From positions 442,480-506,479 of the forward strand of contig CAZAYU010000001.1 in assembly GCA_964489445.1 (NCBI GenBank): a stretch of 64,000 nt of DNA, written 5' to 3'. Under the pieces are notes generated by a model. It did no database searches, was not told the DNA's origin, and worked only from the letters and a program-made list of their open reading frames with translations. A program made the translations under genes and the position numbers. Positions 30,461 through 40,112 of this stretch are shown one piece after another. The stretch comes from an uncultured Planctomycetia bacterium. Its GTDB lineage: Bacteria > Omnitrophota > Gorgyraeia > Duberdicusellales > 4484-171. Numbering within the stretch: position 1 is the stretch's first letter; every line of letters starts with the position of its first letter.

Positions 30461-31732
30461 CTACTCGGCAATTAAATCATACTCCATCGCCTCAGTAATT
30501 TTTACTTTGTAAAAATTTCCCAGTTTTAGTCCTTTGCGTTTTATAAAAACTTCGCCATCGACATCTAAAGCATCATGCTCGGTTCTTCCGATAAACATCC
30601 CGCTCTCCTTACATTCAACTAAAACATTGATATCTTTACCAACAAAACGGCTATTTAATTTTTGCGATATCTTTTTTTGCTGTACCATTATTTGCCTAAA
30701 GCGTCTTTGTTTAGTGCTAAAATGCACCTGTCCGGGAAAATTAAAAGCTTTTGTGCCTTCTTCACGAGAATAAATAAATACACCCAAACGTTGAAATTCT
30801 ACCTGTTTTAAAAAAGTTAACAACTCTTGAAACTGCTCTTCGCTTTCACCAGGAAACCCAACAATTACTGATGTTCTTATCGCACAACCAGGAATACTTT
30901 TCCTTATCTTCTTAATTAGCTCAACAATATCCTGTTTAGTTGTGCCCCGATTCATCTTTTTAAGAATTTTATCATTTATATGCTGAATAGGCAAATCAAT
31001 ATATTTACATATTCGTCTTTCCTTGGCTATTAGCCCAATTAAAGAGTCGGAAAAATGTTTAGGATGAGCGTATATTAATCTTATCCAAGGTATATTCTTA
31101 GTTTCTCTTAAAATTTGTTTCAATAAACTTGGCAAGTTACAATTACCACTTAATTCCTTTCCCCAGGCAGTAATATCCTGGCCAATAATATTTAATTCTT
31201 TTATCCCTGTTTTATCTAAAGCTTTTACTTCTTTAATTACCTCTTTAGCTGGTCTGGTACTTATCGACCCTTTAATTAGCGGAATTGCGCAAAAACTACA
31301 ATTGTTCATGCACCCTTCACAGATTTTTAAAAATTCAATAAACGGAAGAGACATTTTTTTTCTTGCCGAAGCTTGAGTAGAAAAATCAACAAGCATCTGC
31401 CATCTATCAACCTCTGGGAATGATTTTTCCAACTCTTTTTGGTAACGCTTCACTAAGCATCCAAAGACTAATATTTCTTTAACTCTACCTTTTCTTTTTA
31501 AACGAATTGCCTCTTCAATAGCCGCTAACGATTCTTCTTTTGCTGCTTTAATAAACCCACATGTATTTATCGCCAAAAGGCTGTAAACTTCTTTCCCTTT
31601 TCCGTTAATTTCTGCATCTTGAGAAAAATAGCGGTATCCCTGCGACGATAATTTATAAGCGATAACTTCCGAATCATAGTTATTCCGAAAGCATCCTAAA
31701 GAAACAATAGAAAATGTCTTTTTCTTTCCCAT
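30461..31732 (-). CDS. rimO: ribosomal protein S12 methylthiotransferase
   Basis: SLGC, INTCGFI, CEGCMNNCSFC radical SAM motif, TRAM end (DVDG); rodZ-rimO-pgsA context. Confidence 0.9.
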   Translation of the reverse strand: MGKKKTFSIVSLGCFRNNYDSEVIAYKLSSQGYRYFSQDAEINGKGKEVYSLLAINTCGFIKAAKEESLAAIEEAIRLKRKGRVKEILVFGCLVKRYQKELEKSFPEVDRWQMLVDFSTQASARKKMSLPFIEFLKICEGCMNNCSFCAIPLIKGSISTRPAKEVIKEVKALDKTGIKELNIIGQDITAWGKELSGNCNLPSLLKQILRETKNIPWIRLIYAHPKHFSDSLIGLIAKERRICKYIDLPIQHINDKILKKMNRGTTKQDIVELIKKIRKSIPGCAIRTSVIVGFPGESEEQFQELLTFLKQVEFQRLGVFIYSREEGTKAFNFPGQVHFSTKQRRFRQIMVQQKKISQKLNSRFVGKDINVLVECKESGMFIGRTEHDALDVDGEVFIKRKGLKLGNFYKVKITEAMEYDLIAE

Positions 31733-31789
31733 ATTTGTTTATCAAATTTTTTATTTGCAACTTCTGATTATAAATTTTTTTGGCTGGAT

Positions 31790-32539
31790 CTATTTGTCTA
31801 CTGAAATTCCCGAAGACGTAATTTTGAGACTTTTAATTGGTTTCGGTGTAGAAGCAAGCTTAGGGATCGACTTTCCGTTTACCTCTAAGTCTATCGCTGA
31901 ACCGTCATTAATTTTTAATTCTATCTCTTTATCTCCAAGCCACGTTTCAATATCACCTTGATGCAAAAAACCTTTGAATGCCACTTTTCCATCAGAGAAT
32001 ACACTTAAGTAACACTCCTTTTTAGCACTAACAATAACTGATATTCCCTGCTCTTCATCTATTGCCAAAGAAGGAATTGGTTTATTTATTTGTTCTACTT
32101 TTTCGACCGGTTTCTTCTTAAAGAATAAGGAAATCTTACTTACTAAAAATCTAGTCGCACTTAAAAAACTCCAAAGCAAAATTATCCCCAGCAAAATAAC
32201 GACCGCTTTTCTTTTAGTCTCTGGAGAAATCTTGCCCCATGATTTAACTATTACTTTAAAAAATTTTTTGTTACGGTCTGATTTTATTTTTTTAGGTTTA
32301 GATTCTAAAAATGAAACCTGGGCTATTTCTTCTAATGAATTTTCTAAATCGATATTTAAAAACTTTGCGTAGATTCTTAAAAATCCTTTGATGTAAGCAG
32401 GATTAATATTCTCGAGCATGCCTTCCTCAATATCTTTAATAACTGAAGGGTAAAGTTTTGTTTTTTCGACTGTGTATTCAAGGCTATAGCCTAACTCCTT
32501 GCGCTTATCTTTTATTTTTTGGCAAATTTCACCGATCAC
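31790..32539 (-). CDS. rodZ: RodZ-like HTH / DUF4115 membrane protein
   Basis: N-terminal HTH (YIKGFLRIYAKFL), TM helix, C-terminal DUF4115-like (VNGK). Confidence 0.8.
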   Translation of the reverse strand: MIGEICQKIKDKRKELGYSLEYTVEKTKLYPSVIKDIEEGMLENINPAYIKGFLRIYAKFLNIDLENSLEEIAQVSFLESKPKKIKSDRNKKFFKVIVKSWGKISPETKRKAVVILLGIILLWSFLSATRFLVSKISLFFKKKPVEKVEQINKPIPSLAIDEEQGISVIVSAKKECYLSVFSDGKVAFKGFLHQGDIETWLGDKEIELKINDGSAIDLEVNGKSIPKLASTPKPIKSLKITSSGISVDK

Positions 32540-34752
32540 TCTAACCCCCTTTCAGCTAAAAATCCTTGCGGATCTACTAATATCTCCCGAGCTTTGCTAC
32601 CACAAAAAGGACCAACGATATCTGCCTGCTCCATTAAATCCAATAATCGAGCTGCACGAGTATATCCTACTCGCATTCGTCGTTGCAAAAGCGACGCAGA
32701 AGCCTGACGAGTATTCAGAATTATTTTAACTGCGTCATCAAACAATTCATCACTTCCCATATCTAATAATTGTTTTTTCTCTCCCTCAGCAATTGCTTTT
32801 TCGTATACCGGGCCACCTTGCTCTCTAGCAAAATTAGCGAGAGATTCAATATCTTCATCATCAATGTATGAACCCTGAGCCCGAATAAGCTTAATCGCTC
32901 CTGGTTTCAAAAACAACAAATCACCTTTCCCTAAAAGCTTTTCAGCTCCCATAACATCTAAAACAGTACGAGAATCAACTTTAGAAGCAACCTTAAAAGA
33001 TATTCTAGCCGGAAAATTCGCTTTAATTACTCCAGTAATTACATCTACTGAAGGACGCTGAGTTGCTAAGACAAGATGAATACCTACCGCACGCGAAAGC
33101 TGAGCTAACCGCTGAATAGTAGTCTCAATGCTATCCCTGGCAACTATCATTAAATCAGCTAGTTCATCAACGATAATCACAATGTAAGGCATTTTGTTGC
33201 CTTTTCCATTATACAAACTAATATTACGACATCCAGCAGCGGCTAGAATTTTATACCTTCTTCCCATTTCTTCTGCCGCCCAATTTAAAGCAAAAAACGC
33301 CTTCTTTGAATCAGAAATAATCGGATGAATTAAATGCGGAATGCCAGCAAAAGAAGCAAGCTCAACCATCTTAGGATCAACCATAATAAATTGAACTTCA
33401 TCCGGTTTAGCCTTAAAAAGTATCGAAGAAATTAAAGAATTAACACACACTGTTTTTCCCGCTCCAGTAGCTCCAGCAATTAACAAATGAGGCATATCAC
33501 CTAAATCAGCAACAACAGGATTTCCGGAAACATCTTTTCCGATAATAACTGTAAGCTTTGATTTCGGCTCGGTGAACACTTTCTCTTCCAGGACCTCTCT
33601 TAAAAAAACCATTTGTTTTATCGAATTAGGAATTTCTACCCCTATTGTGCCTCTGCCGGGAATCGGAGCAACCACTCTTACTAAGGATGACTTCATTGAC
33701 AAAGCAATGTCATCCGCCAACGAAGAAATTCTATTTATTTTAGTTCCGGATTGCGGCTCCAGCTCATACATTGTCACTACTGGCCCTTTTTGAACACGAA
33801 CTACTTTTGCTTCTACACCAAAATCAGCAAGAGCATTCTCTAGCTGTTTAATTTTCCCTTCTATATTCTCCTTAGTTTCCTTTTGGTCGGAAAAAGGAGG
33901 AATCTTCACAATAGAAGAATTCGGTATCTTATAATTACGCGAATCAAACGGATGAGCTGGTTTAGCTTCTAGGTCATTTATCTTTTCTTTAGCCTGCTCC
34001 TTACTAATTGCCTGCTCCTTAAAGGAATCTAAGGGAAGCTCACTGTTGTTTTTCGGAGAATGATTAAATTTAGGTGCGTACACCTTAATTTCCGGTTTCA
34101 ATTCTTTTAAATTTTTACGAGAGTTTCCTTTAATTTCTTTCTGTTTTCTTGTAAGCCCAAGACTCTGAGTTTCAACATTCTTTCTTTCTTTTCTATCCTT
34201 GATAAACTCGATAGATCTAAAGAATAAAGATTTTACTCCACGAAAAGAATCAACAAAGAAGAAACCAAAAAATAAAACCGCATTGACCATCATCAACAAT
34301 AAAAAAGTGATAAATGCTCCATACACTCCTAAATATTTCTTAAAAAATTCGGAAAGAAAAAAACCAAGCCCTCCAGCCTGAAACATCTCTACGTCTCCAG
34401 CAGAAGCACGAAATAAACTTATAAATCCAGAAAGAAAAACCATAAAAAGTAAAAAAGACAAAACATTGATCACTTTACTTTTAGATAGTCCACAAAATCT
34501 TAAAAGCCCTAGCTTTCCCAGCCCACTGAATAATAAGAAAAATGGTATAAAATAAGCTGCCCATCCAAACATAAAAAATAGAAAGAATGCTAAATGAGCC
34601 CCTCCCACACCAATTAAATTAGATACACCTGGGGAAAATCCTGAGGCAAGGAAAGGTATGTCTTCGGGGTTATAGGAAATTAAGCTTAGAAATGTTAAAA
34701 GAGAGGTAAGAAAAAAAACGATACTCTCAAGAAGTAAAGAGAGGCGCTTCAT
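32536..34752 (-). CDS. ftsK: DNA translocase FtsK
   Basis: N-terminal TM region, PHLLIAGATGAGKT, DPKMVEL, ATQRPSVDVITG, gamma domain. Confidence 0.97.
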   Translation of the reverse strand: MKRLSLLLESIVFFLTSLLTFLSLISYNPEDIPFLASGFSPGVSNLIGVGGAHLAFFLFFMFGWAAYFIPFFLLFSGLGKLGLLRFCGLSKSKVINVLSFLLFMVFLSGFISLFRASAGDVEMFQAGGLGFFLSEFFKKYLGVYGAFITFLLLMMVNAVLFFGFFFVDSFRGVKSLFFRSIEFIKDRKERKNVETQSLGLTRKQKEIKGNSRKNLKELKPEIKVYAPKFNHSPKNNSELPLDSFKEQAISKEQAKEKINDLEAKPAHPFDSRNYKIPNSSIVKIPPFSDQKETKENIEGKIKQLENALADFGVEAKVVRVQKGPVVTMYELEPQSGTKINRISSLADDIALSMKSSLVRVVAPIPGRGTIGVEIPNSIKQMVFLREVLEEKVFTEPKSKLTVIIGKDVSGNPVVADLGDMPHLLIAGATGAGKTVCVNSLISSILFKAKPDEVQFIMVDPKMVELASFAGIPHLIHPIISDSKKAFFALNWAAEEMGRRYKILAAAGCRNISLYNGKGNKMPYIVIIVDELADLMIVARDSIETTIQRLAQLSRAVGIHLVLATQRPSVDVITGVIKANFPARISFKVASKVDSRTVLDVMGAEKLLGKGDLLFLKPGAIKLIRAQGSYIDDEDIESLANFAREQGGPVYEKAIAEGEKKQLLDMGSDELFDDAVKIILNTRQASASLLQRRMRVGYTRAARLLDLMEQADIVGPFCGSKAREILVDPQGFLAERGLE

Positions 34753-34761
34753 TTTAATATA

Positions 34762-36894
34762 TTAGGTATTGCTTCCACCTTCTTCTGCAGACACAGAATT
34801 AGACTCACCAGATATATTGGCCTGTTTTAGGCTAAGTCGAATTTTTCCCTGAGGATCAATGCCGATTACTTTAGCGCGAAGCATATCACCCTCTTTTAAG
34901 AATGCATTCACGTCTTTTACGAATCCTTCGGCTAATTCTGAAACATGAACTAATCCGCTTTTACCCGGAGCAATCTCACAAAAAGCGCCAAAACTAACTA
35001 TCCGCTCTACTCGAACTTCATATATCTGACCAATTTCAACGTCTTTAACCAAATTCATTATTTGCTTTACTGCACATTCTAAGCCTTCTGTTGTCTCTCC
35101 GGCTACAGAAACTACGCTTGTTTCATCATCAATATCAATGTTAACATTATTTTCTCTTTGTATTCTTTTGATTATTTTACCACCCGGGCCAATAATTGCT
35201 CCGATTTTATCCGGATTAACTGCAAATGATTTAATTTTAGGAGCATAGTCTGAAAGAGCTTCTCGAGATGAGCTAATCGCTTCTTTCATTTTATCCAAAA
35301 TAAATAATCTTGCTTCTTTACCACGAATTAAAGTCTCCTCAATAATTTGAAAAGTCAATCCGTCAATCTTGGTATCCAGCTGAATAGCAGTTATCCCTTG
35401 CCTTGTTCCCGCTATCTTAAAATCCATATCACCATAATGATCTTCTGCACCGGCAATATCAGTAAGAATTTTGTATTTCTCTCCGCCGGTAACTAAACCA
35501 ATGGCGATGCCGGCTACCGGTTCTTTTAAGGGAACTCCTGCATCCATTAGTGATAAAGACCCTGCACAAACAGTAGCCATCGACGAAGAACCATTTGATT
35601 CTAATATTTCGGAAACTATTCTAATCGTATAAGGAAAATCTTCTTTAGATGGAATTACTGACAAAAGAGCTTTTTCTGCTAAAGCCCCATGGCCGATATC
35701 CCTTCGAGAAGGGCCACGCATAAATTTTACTTCTCCCACGCTAAACGGAGGAAAACTGTAATGAAGCGTAAAATGTTTATAACTTTTCCCTTCCAAGGAC
35801 TCAATAGCTTGCTCGTCAGAGCTTGCTCCTAGGGTCACTACTGATAAAGACTGTGTTTGCCCCCGCGTAAAAACAGCTGATCCGTGAGTCCGTGGTAAAA
35901 CACCAACCATACAATCTAAAGATCGAATATCCGAAATACCACGCCCATCAGGACGTTTTTCGTCTTCTAAGATTTTTCTCCGCAATACTTCTTCTCCAAG
36001 TAAATCAAAAACAGCTTTAATCTTTCTTTCGGTAATTTCTGAATCTTCAGTAATTATTTTCTCAGATACCTCAGCTATTAAGTTTTCTTTGGCTTGATTC
36101 TTTTCTTCTTTTCCAGAAAGCTGGTAAATTTCTTCTAATTTTGCTCCCACTAAAGGTTTAACTTGATTAATCAATTCTTCGTCTATCTTTTTTAAGGGAA
36201 CTTCTTTTTTTTCTTTTCCTTCTTTTGTCTTTAGTTCTTCTTGAAGGTTAATTATCTTATTAATAAAGGGATGGGCAAACTTTATAGCTTCTAAAACCTC
36301 TTGCTCCTCTATTCCGGTAAGCTCACCCTCAAGCATTACTATTTTTTCACCGGTTCCCACCACTACTAAATCCATAGTTGAATTGTTTCTTTGTTCATAA
36401 GTAGGATTAATCGTTAATTCTCCGTTAACTTTAGAAACTCGAACAGCTCCCACCGGATTCTTAAACGGAATATCAGAAATAATTAACGCACAGCTTGCAG
36501 CGTTAATCGCTAAAACATCAGGATCATTCTCTCCATCGCTAGATAAAACCATAGCGACAACCTGAACTTCATTAGTCATCCCTTGAGGAAAAAGCGGACG
36601 TAGCGGACGATCAATCAGGCGCGCGGTAAGAATTTCTTTATCTCTAGGCCTTCCTTCTTTTTTGAAAAAACCACCAGGAATCTTACCCATTGAATAGGTT
36701 TTCTCCTGATACTCAACCATCAGCGGAAAGAAATCTCTCTCTACTAGAGAATTACCAGACATACAAGCAGTAACCAGCACCATGGTGTCTCCGTAAGAAA
36801 TACAAACACTGCCATTAGCCTGCTTGGCCCATTGCCCTGTAGAAAAAGTAAGCTTACTTTTTCCTAAATCGGAAATAGATAAAGAATTAGCCAT
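34762..36894 (-). CDS. pnp: polyribonucleotide nucleotidyltransferase
   Basis: RLIDRPLRP, FTRGQTQ, SNGSSSMA, GDMDFK, KH and S1 domains. Confidence 0.98.
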   Translation of the reverse strand: MANSLSISDLGKSKLTFSTGQWAKQANGSVCISYGDTMVLVTACMSGNSLVERDFFPLMVEYQEKTYSMGKIPGGFFKKEGRPRDKEILTARLIDRPLRPLFPQGMTNEVQVVAMVLSSDGENDPDVLAINAASCALIISDIPFKNPVGAVRVSKVNGELTINPTYEQRNNSTMDLVVVGTGEKIVMLEGELTGIEEQEVLEAIKFAHPFINKIINLQEELKTKEGKEKKEVPLKKIDEELINQVKPLVGAKLEEIYQLSGKEEKNQAKENLIAEVSEKIITEDSEITERKIKAVFDLLGEEVLRRKILEDEKRPDGRGISDIRSLDCMVGVLPRTHGSAVFTRGQTQSLSVVTLGASSDEQAIESLEGKSYKHFTLHYSFPPFSVGEVKFMRGPSRRDIGHGALAEKALLSVIPSKEDFPYTIRIVSEILESNGSSSMATVCAGSLSLMDAGVPLKEPVAGIAIGLVTGGEKYKILTDIAGAEDHYGDMDFKIAGTRQGITAIQLDTKIDGLTFQIIEETLIRGKEARLFILDKMKEAISSSREALSDYAPKIKSFAVNPDKIGAIIGPGGKIIKRIQRENNVNIDIDDETSVVSVAGETTEGLECAVKQIMNLVKDVEIGQIYEVRVERIVSFGAFCEIAPGKSGLVHVSELAEGFVKDVNAFLKEGDMLRAKVIGIDPQGKIRLSLKQANISGESNSVSAEEGGSNT

Positions 36895-36897
36895 ATG

Positions 36898-37161
36898 TTA
36901 TTTTATACCGAGTTCTTTGGCGACTTCTGCGAAACCTTGAGAATCCTTTTCCTTAAAGTAGGTGACGAGACGCCGACGCCGGCCAACAAGAATCAGAAGG
37001 CCACGGCGAGAATTAAAATCTTTCTTATGTATCTTTAAATGCTCAGTAAGATAGGTTATCCTGTCAGTAAGCAAAGCAATTTGGACAGCTGCTGAGCCAG
37101 TATCCTCAATATGCTCTTTGAATTTTTCGATAATTTCTTTTTTCTTTGCCTTACTTACCAT
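36898..37161 (-). CDS. rpsO: 30S ribosomal protein S15
   Basis: DTGS..VQIALLT, HKKD..SRRGL; upstream of pnp. Confidence 0.97.
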   Translation of the reverse strand: MVSKAKKKEIIEKFKEHIEDTGSAAVQIALLTDRITYLTEHLKIHKKDFNSRRGLLILVGRRRRLVTYFKEKDSQGFAEVAKELGIK

Positions 37162-37172
37162 GATTTGTATAT

Positions 37173-37200
37173 ATAATACTACGCTTATTCAATCTGTCAA
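37173..37200 (-). promoter_or_regulatory. sigma70-type promoter P2 of rpsO
   Basis: TTGACA-16 nt-TATTAT, 11 nt before the ATG. Confidence 0.55.
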
Positions 37201-37280
37201 CACCCTTTAAATAATTTGGATTACCCAAAAACAAGGCGTGGTTTACTTAATAGTCACTCTTTATCCTTAAAGCAAAAGAT

Positions 37281-37308
37281 ATTATAACAGGATATTAGGA
37301 AAGGTCAA
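37281..37308 (-). promoter_or_regulatory. sigma70-type promoter P1 of rpsO
   Basis: TTGACC-16 nt-TATAAT with extended -10 TG. Confidence 0.65.
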
Positions 37309-37377
37309 TATCAATAAAAAATATTTATTTTTACCTTAATTCCTATCTTTTAAATAGAAATTTCCAGAATCAATCGC

Positions 37378-38685
37378 TTATAAAAGATACATATCCTCTG
37401 CCTCTTTTAGCAAGTGCTCCCGAAATTTAGGATGAGCAATGCTAATAATTGCCAACGCCCTTTCTTTGGTTGATTTTCCTTTTAAATTAACTACGCCATA
37501 TTCAGTAACCAAATAATGAGTGTCAGCCCGAGGAGTAGTTATCACCGCACCCTCTTTAAAGCGCGGAACTATCCGAGATATTTCTCCTCCCTTAGCTGTA
37601 GAATAAAAAGCTAATATAGACTTTCCACCTGGAGAATCAAATGCCCCACGGACAAAATCAAGCTGACCACCGGTACCGCTAAACGTACTTCCGTCTAAAG
37701 ATTCTGCATTAGCCTGCCCCAATAAATCAATCTCTAGAACTGAATTAATTGAAACCATATTATTATTCTTAGCAATTACTGCCGGCAAACAAACATAAGA
37801 AGCAGAATAACTTTCCATGCTTGGATTGTTATTCATAAAATCATACATCTTTTTAGTTCCTCCGGCTGTTGTATACACATGCTTCATAGGATGTAACTTT
37901 TTCTTACGTCCGGTAATTACTCCTTTTTTTATTAAATCAATCATCCCATCTGTTAGCAGCTCAGTATGAATTCCTAAATCCTTATGCTTTGTAAGATAAC
38001 GTGTAACCGCATTAGGTAGTCCTCCTATTCCCAGCTGAATGGTTGCACCATTGGGAATCATCTCTGCCAAACAAGGGCCGATAATTTCATCTTCCGGTTT
38101 AGGTTGAGGTGGTTTTAATTCTAAAAGCGGAACATGATTTTCAACTACCGCATCTACTTCAGAAATATGCAAAAGAGATTCGCCGAAAACGCGCGGCATA
38201 TTTTCATTTACTTCTACAATGAGCCTTCGGCAATGTCTAGCTGCAGTAGAAGTGGCATCGTTAGCCGTACCAAAGGTAAAATAACCATAATCATCCATTG
38301 GAGATACAGTAGTAACTGCTGTATCTATTTCCATAAAATCCTTGCACATCCTCGGAACCTGATGAAGATAAGACGGTACATAGTAATTAAGCCCTGTCCT
38401 AACTAACCCTCTCTCCGCACTTCCAACAAACCAAGAATAGCCTTCAATACAATCACATAGTCCTGGATCAAACACTGTTTTCATGGCGTGTTCTAAAGGA
38501 AGAAATGCATAAATTTTAATCTTCTTCAAATTACCTTCCCTGGCTCGGTTAGCAATAGCTTCTAATAAAGCCGGAGGCTGAGCAACACTCATTCCACAAA
38601 CAACAGTTTCTCCATTATTAATTCCAGATACAGCTTTTGAGGGAGAAGTTAATTTTTTCTGATATTCAGAAACAAAAAAGCTCAT
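37378..38685 (-). CDS. acetyl-CoA hydrolase / 4-hydroxybutyrate CoA-transferase family
   Basis: EVNENMP, LQLGIG-like motif, HTE catalytic Glu, SGTGGQLDF, VTEYG, IAHP. Confidence 0.9.
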   Translation of the reverse strand: MSFFVSEYQKKLTSPSKAVSGINNGETVVCGMSVAQPPALLEAIANRAREGNLKKIKIYAFLPLEHAMKTVFDPGLCDCIEGYSWFVGSAERGLVRTGLNYYVPSYLHQVPRMCKDFMEIDTAVTTVSPMDDYGYFTFGTANDATSTAARHCRRLIVEVNENMPRVFGESLLHISEVDAVVENHVPLLELKPPQPKPEDEIIGPCLAEMIPNGATIQLGIGGLPNAVTRYLTKHKDLGIHTELLTDGMIDLIKKGVITGRKKKLHPMKHVYTTAGGTKKMYDFMNNNPSMESYSASYVCLPAVIAKNNNMVSINSVLEIDLLGQANAESLDGSTFSGTGGQLDFVRGAFDSPGGKSILAFYSTAKGGEISRIVPRFKEGAVITTPRADTHYLVTEYGVVNLKGKSTKERALAIISIAHPKFREHLLKEAEDMYLL

Positions 38686-38722
38686 AATTTTACTCCTTTA
38701 TTCTAAAAGCAGTGCCTGCTAA

Positions 38723-38941
38723 TTACTCTTTTTTTTCAGAAATATTTTCAAATTCTTTAACGATCTTTTTAACTTCTAGCTCTGTTGACTCAATCTTCTC
38801 CCGGCAAATCCTTATTAGCTCTACTGCCCGTTTTGTTTTTACCGACACCTCATCAACTCCGGTTTTTTCTGATTCTAAGCCCTCTAATATTTCGTTCAAC
38901 TCTTCAATTGCTTCAGTATATTTTACCTCTTTTTTTGCCAT
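38723..38941 (-). CDS. xseB: exodeoxyribonuclease VII small subunit
   Basis: YTEAIEELNEIL..LE...CREKI; AAGGAGG SD before ATG 38941; xseA upstream. Confidence 0.88.
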   Translation of the reverse strand: MAKKEVKYTEAIEELNEILEGLESEKTGVDEVSVKTKRAVELIRICREKIESTELEVKKIVKEFENISEKKE

Positions 38942-38959
38942 TTTTTCCTCCTTAATGAG

Positions 38960-38999
38960 ATTATTCCATCTTCCACCTTGAAGGTGGCAATTTGGTTTT
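38960..38999. repeat. 40-bp direct repeat, downstream flank of the rhuM/fic gene
   Basis: attattccatcttccaccttgaaggtggcaatttggtttt; core palindrome CCACCTT-G-AAGGTGG. Confidence 0.95.
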
Positions 39000-39031
39000 C
39001 CCCTTGCGAATAGCATTTTTATTATTAAATT

Positions 39032-40006
39032 CTACCGCAAAAGATTTAGAATAACTTTTATCATCATACTTTTTTCCTTTGGCCGGCTAGAAGCAATCAT
39101 CAGCGTAAGCCCCACCAAAGCATTATCATCGATAATCTTGCGGCCATCTTTTCCATATAGAATACCGCATTTCTCTAGAAAACAAACAAATAAAGCAGCA
39201 GCTATACGTTTATTCCCGTCGACAAAGCTATGATTTTTAACTACAAAATACAATAAATGTGCTGCTTTCTCCTGAATCGTAGAATATACATCGACTCCCC
39301 TAAAAGTCTGATAAATTGCCCCTATCGAACTTTTAAAACTGCTATCTTTTTCTTGGCCTACAAGATCTGAATCATTAAACTTTTCTTTCAATACATTAAT
39401 AATCGCTTTAGCTTTTTCATAAGTAAAATTGTATTTAAAGTGTTTGACTCCCTTGGGAACTTTTAAACGCTCGTGATCATAATCATCAAGGATACCTAAA
39501 GCACGTGTATAATCAGATATCACCCGAATAATGCCCTTCGCTTCGTTAGATAAACCAACAAACGATTCAACATTTTTGATCAGTGCTATGGCTTTTTGTA
39601 ATTCTTCGTATTTATCAGCACTTTTAGCAAGACGTTTCTCATTGATTGTATATCCGTCAACTAAATGCTTGCGTAACATATTAGTCGCCCAAATACGAAA
39701 TTGAGTACCCCTCTTGGAATTAACGCGATAACCAACAGAAATAATCATATCTAGGTTATAAAATTGTATTTTATATGTCTTTCCATCTGAAGCAGTATGT
39801 GCAAATTTTGCACATACTGAATTCTCATGTAATTCCTTTGTTTTAAACACATTATGTATATGTTTCGTTATAACGCTTCGCTCAACATTGAATAAAACAG
39901 CTATATGTTTTTGACTAAGCCAGACAGTTTCAGCCTTTAATCGGACTTCGACATTATGCTTGTATAGAATTACTTGCCCTCTGGAACTTTCTTTTTCTTT
40001 CACCAT
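39032..40006 (-). CDS. RhuM-domain / Fic-Doc family protein
   Basis: N-terminal ETVWLSQ...YNLDMIISVGYRVNS..GTQFRIWAT (RhuM-like), C-terminal HSFVDGNKR Fic/Doc motif. Confidence 0.92.
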   Translation of the reverse strand: MVKEKESSRGQVILYKHNVEVRLKAETVWLSQKHIAVLFNVERSVITKHIHNVFKTKELHENSVCAKFAHTASDGKTYKIQFYNLDMIISVGYRVNSKRGTQFRIWATNMLRKHLVDGYTINEKRLAKSADKYEELQKAIALIKNVESFVGLSNEAKGIIRVISDYTRALGILDDYDHERLKVPKGVKHFKYNFTYEKAKAIINVLKEKFNDSDLVGQEKDSSFKSSIGAIYQTFRGVDVYSTIQEKAAHLLYFVVKNHSFVDGNKRIAAALFVCFLEKCGILYGKDGRKIIDDNALVGLTLMIASSRPKEKSMMIKVILNLLR

Positions 40007-40037
40007 AATACTTTTTTACTCACCCACGCTAAATTTT

Positions 40038-40059
40038 ATGTTTTTCGTCAGAAAAACAT
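40038..40059. promoter_or_regulatory. perfect 9-bp inverted repeat upstream of the fic gene
   Basis: ATGTTTTTC-gtca-GAAAAACAT. Confidence 0.4.
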
Positions 40060-40067
40060 CTAGTCGA

Positions 40068-40107
40068 ATTATTCCATCTTCCACCTTGAAGGTGGCAATT
40101 TGGTTTT
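40068..40107. repeat. 40-bp direct repeat, upstream flank of the rhuM/fic gene
   Basis: Identical to 38960-38999. Confidence 0.95.
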
Positions 40108-40112
40108 TCTTC

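Noticed and set aside
38971-38999. Palindromic element as a Rho-independent terminator
   Set aside because: The loop is only 1-3 nt, the T run is on the antisense strand, and copies sit between co-oriented genes. An antisense terminator role cannot be wholly excluded.
38942-39016. N-terminal extension of XseB in the ORF track
   Set aside because: It is a translation of the repeat element; the AAGGAGG SD points to ATG 38941.
38960-40107. 40-bp repeats as CRISPR repeats or canonical integron attC sites
   Set aside because: Copies are 1.1 kb and 9 kb apart with no spacer array or cas genes. There are no RYYYAAC/GTTRRRY boxes and no integrase in the window.
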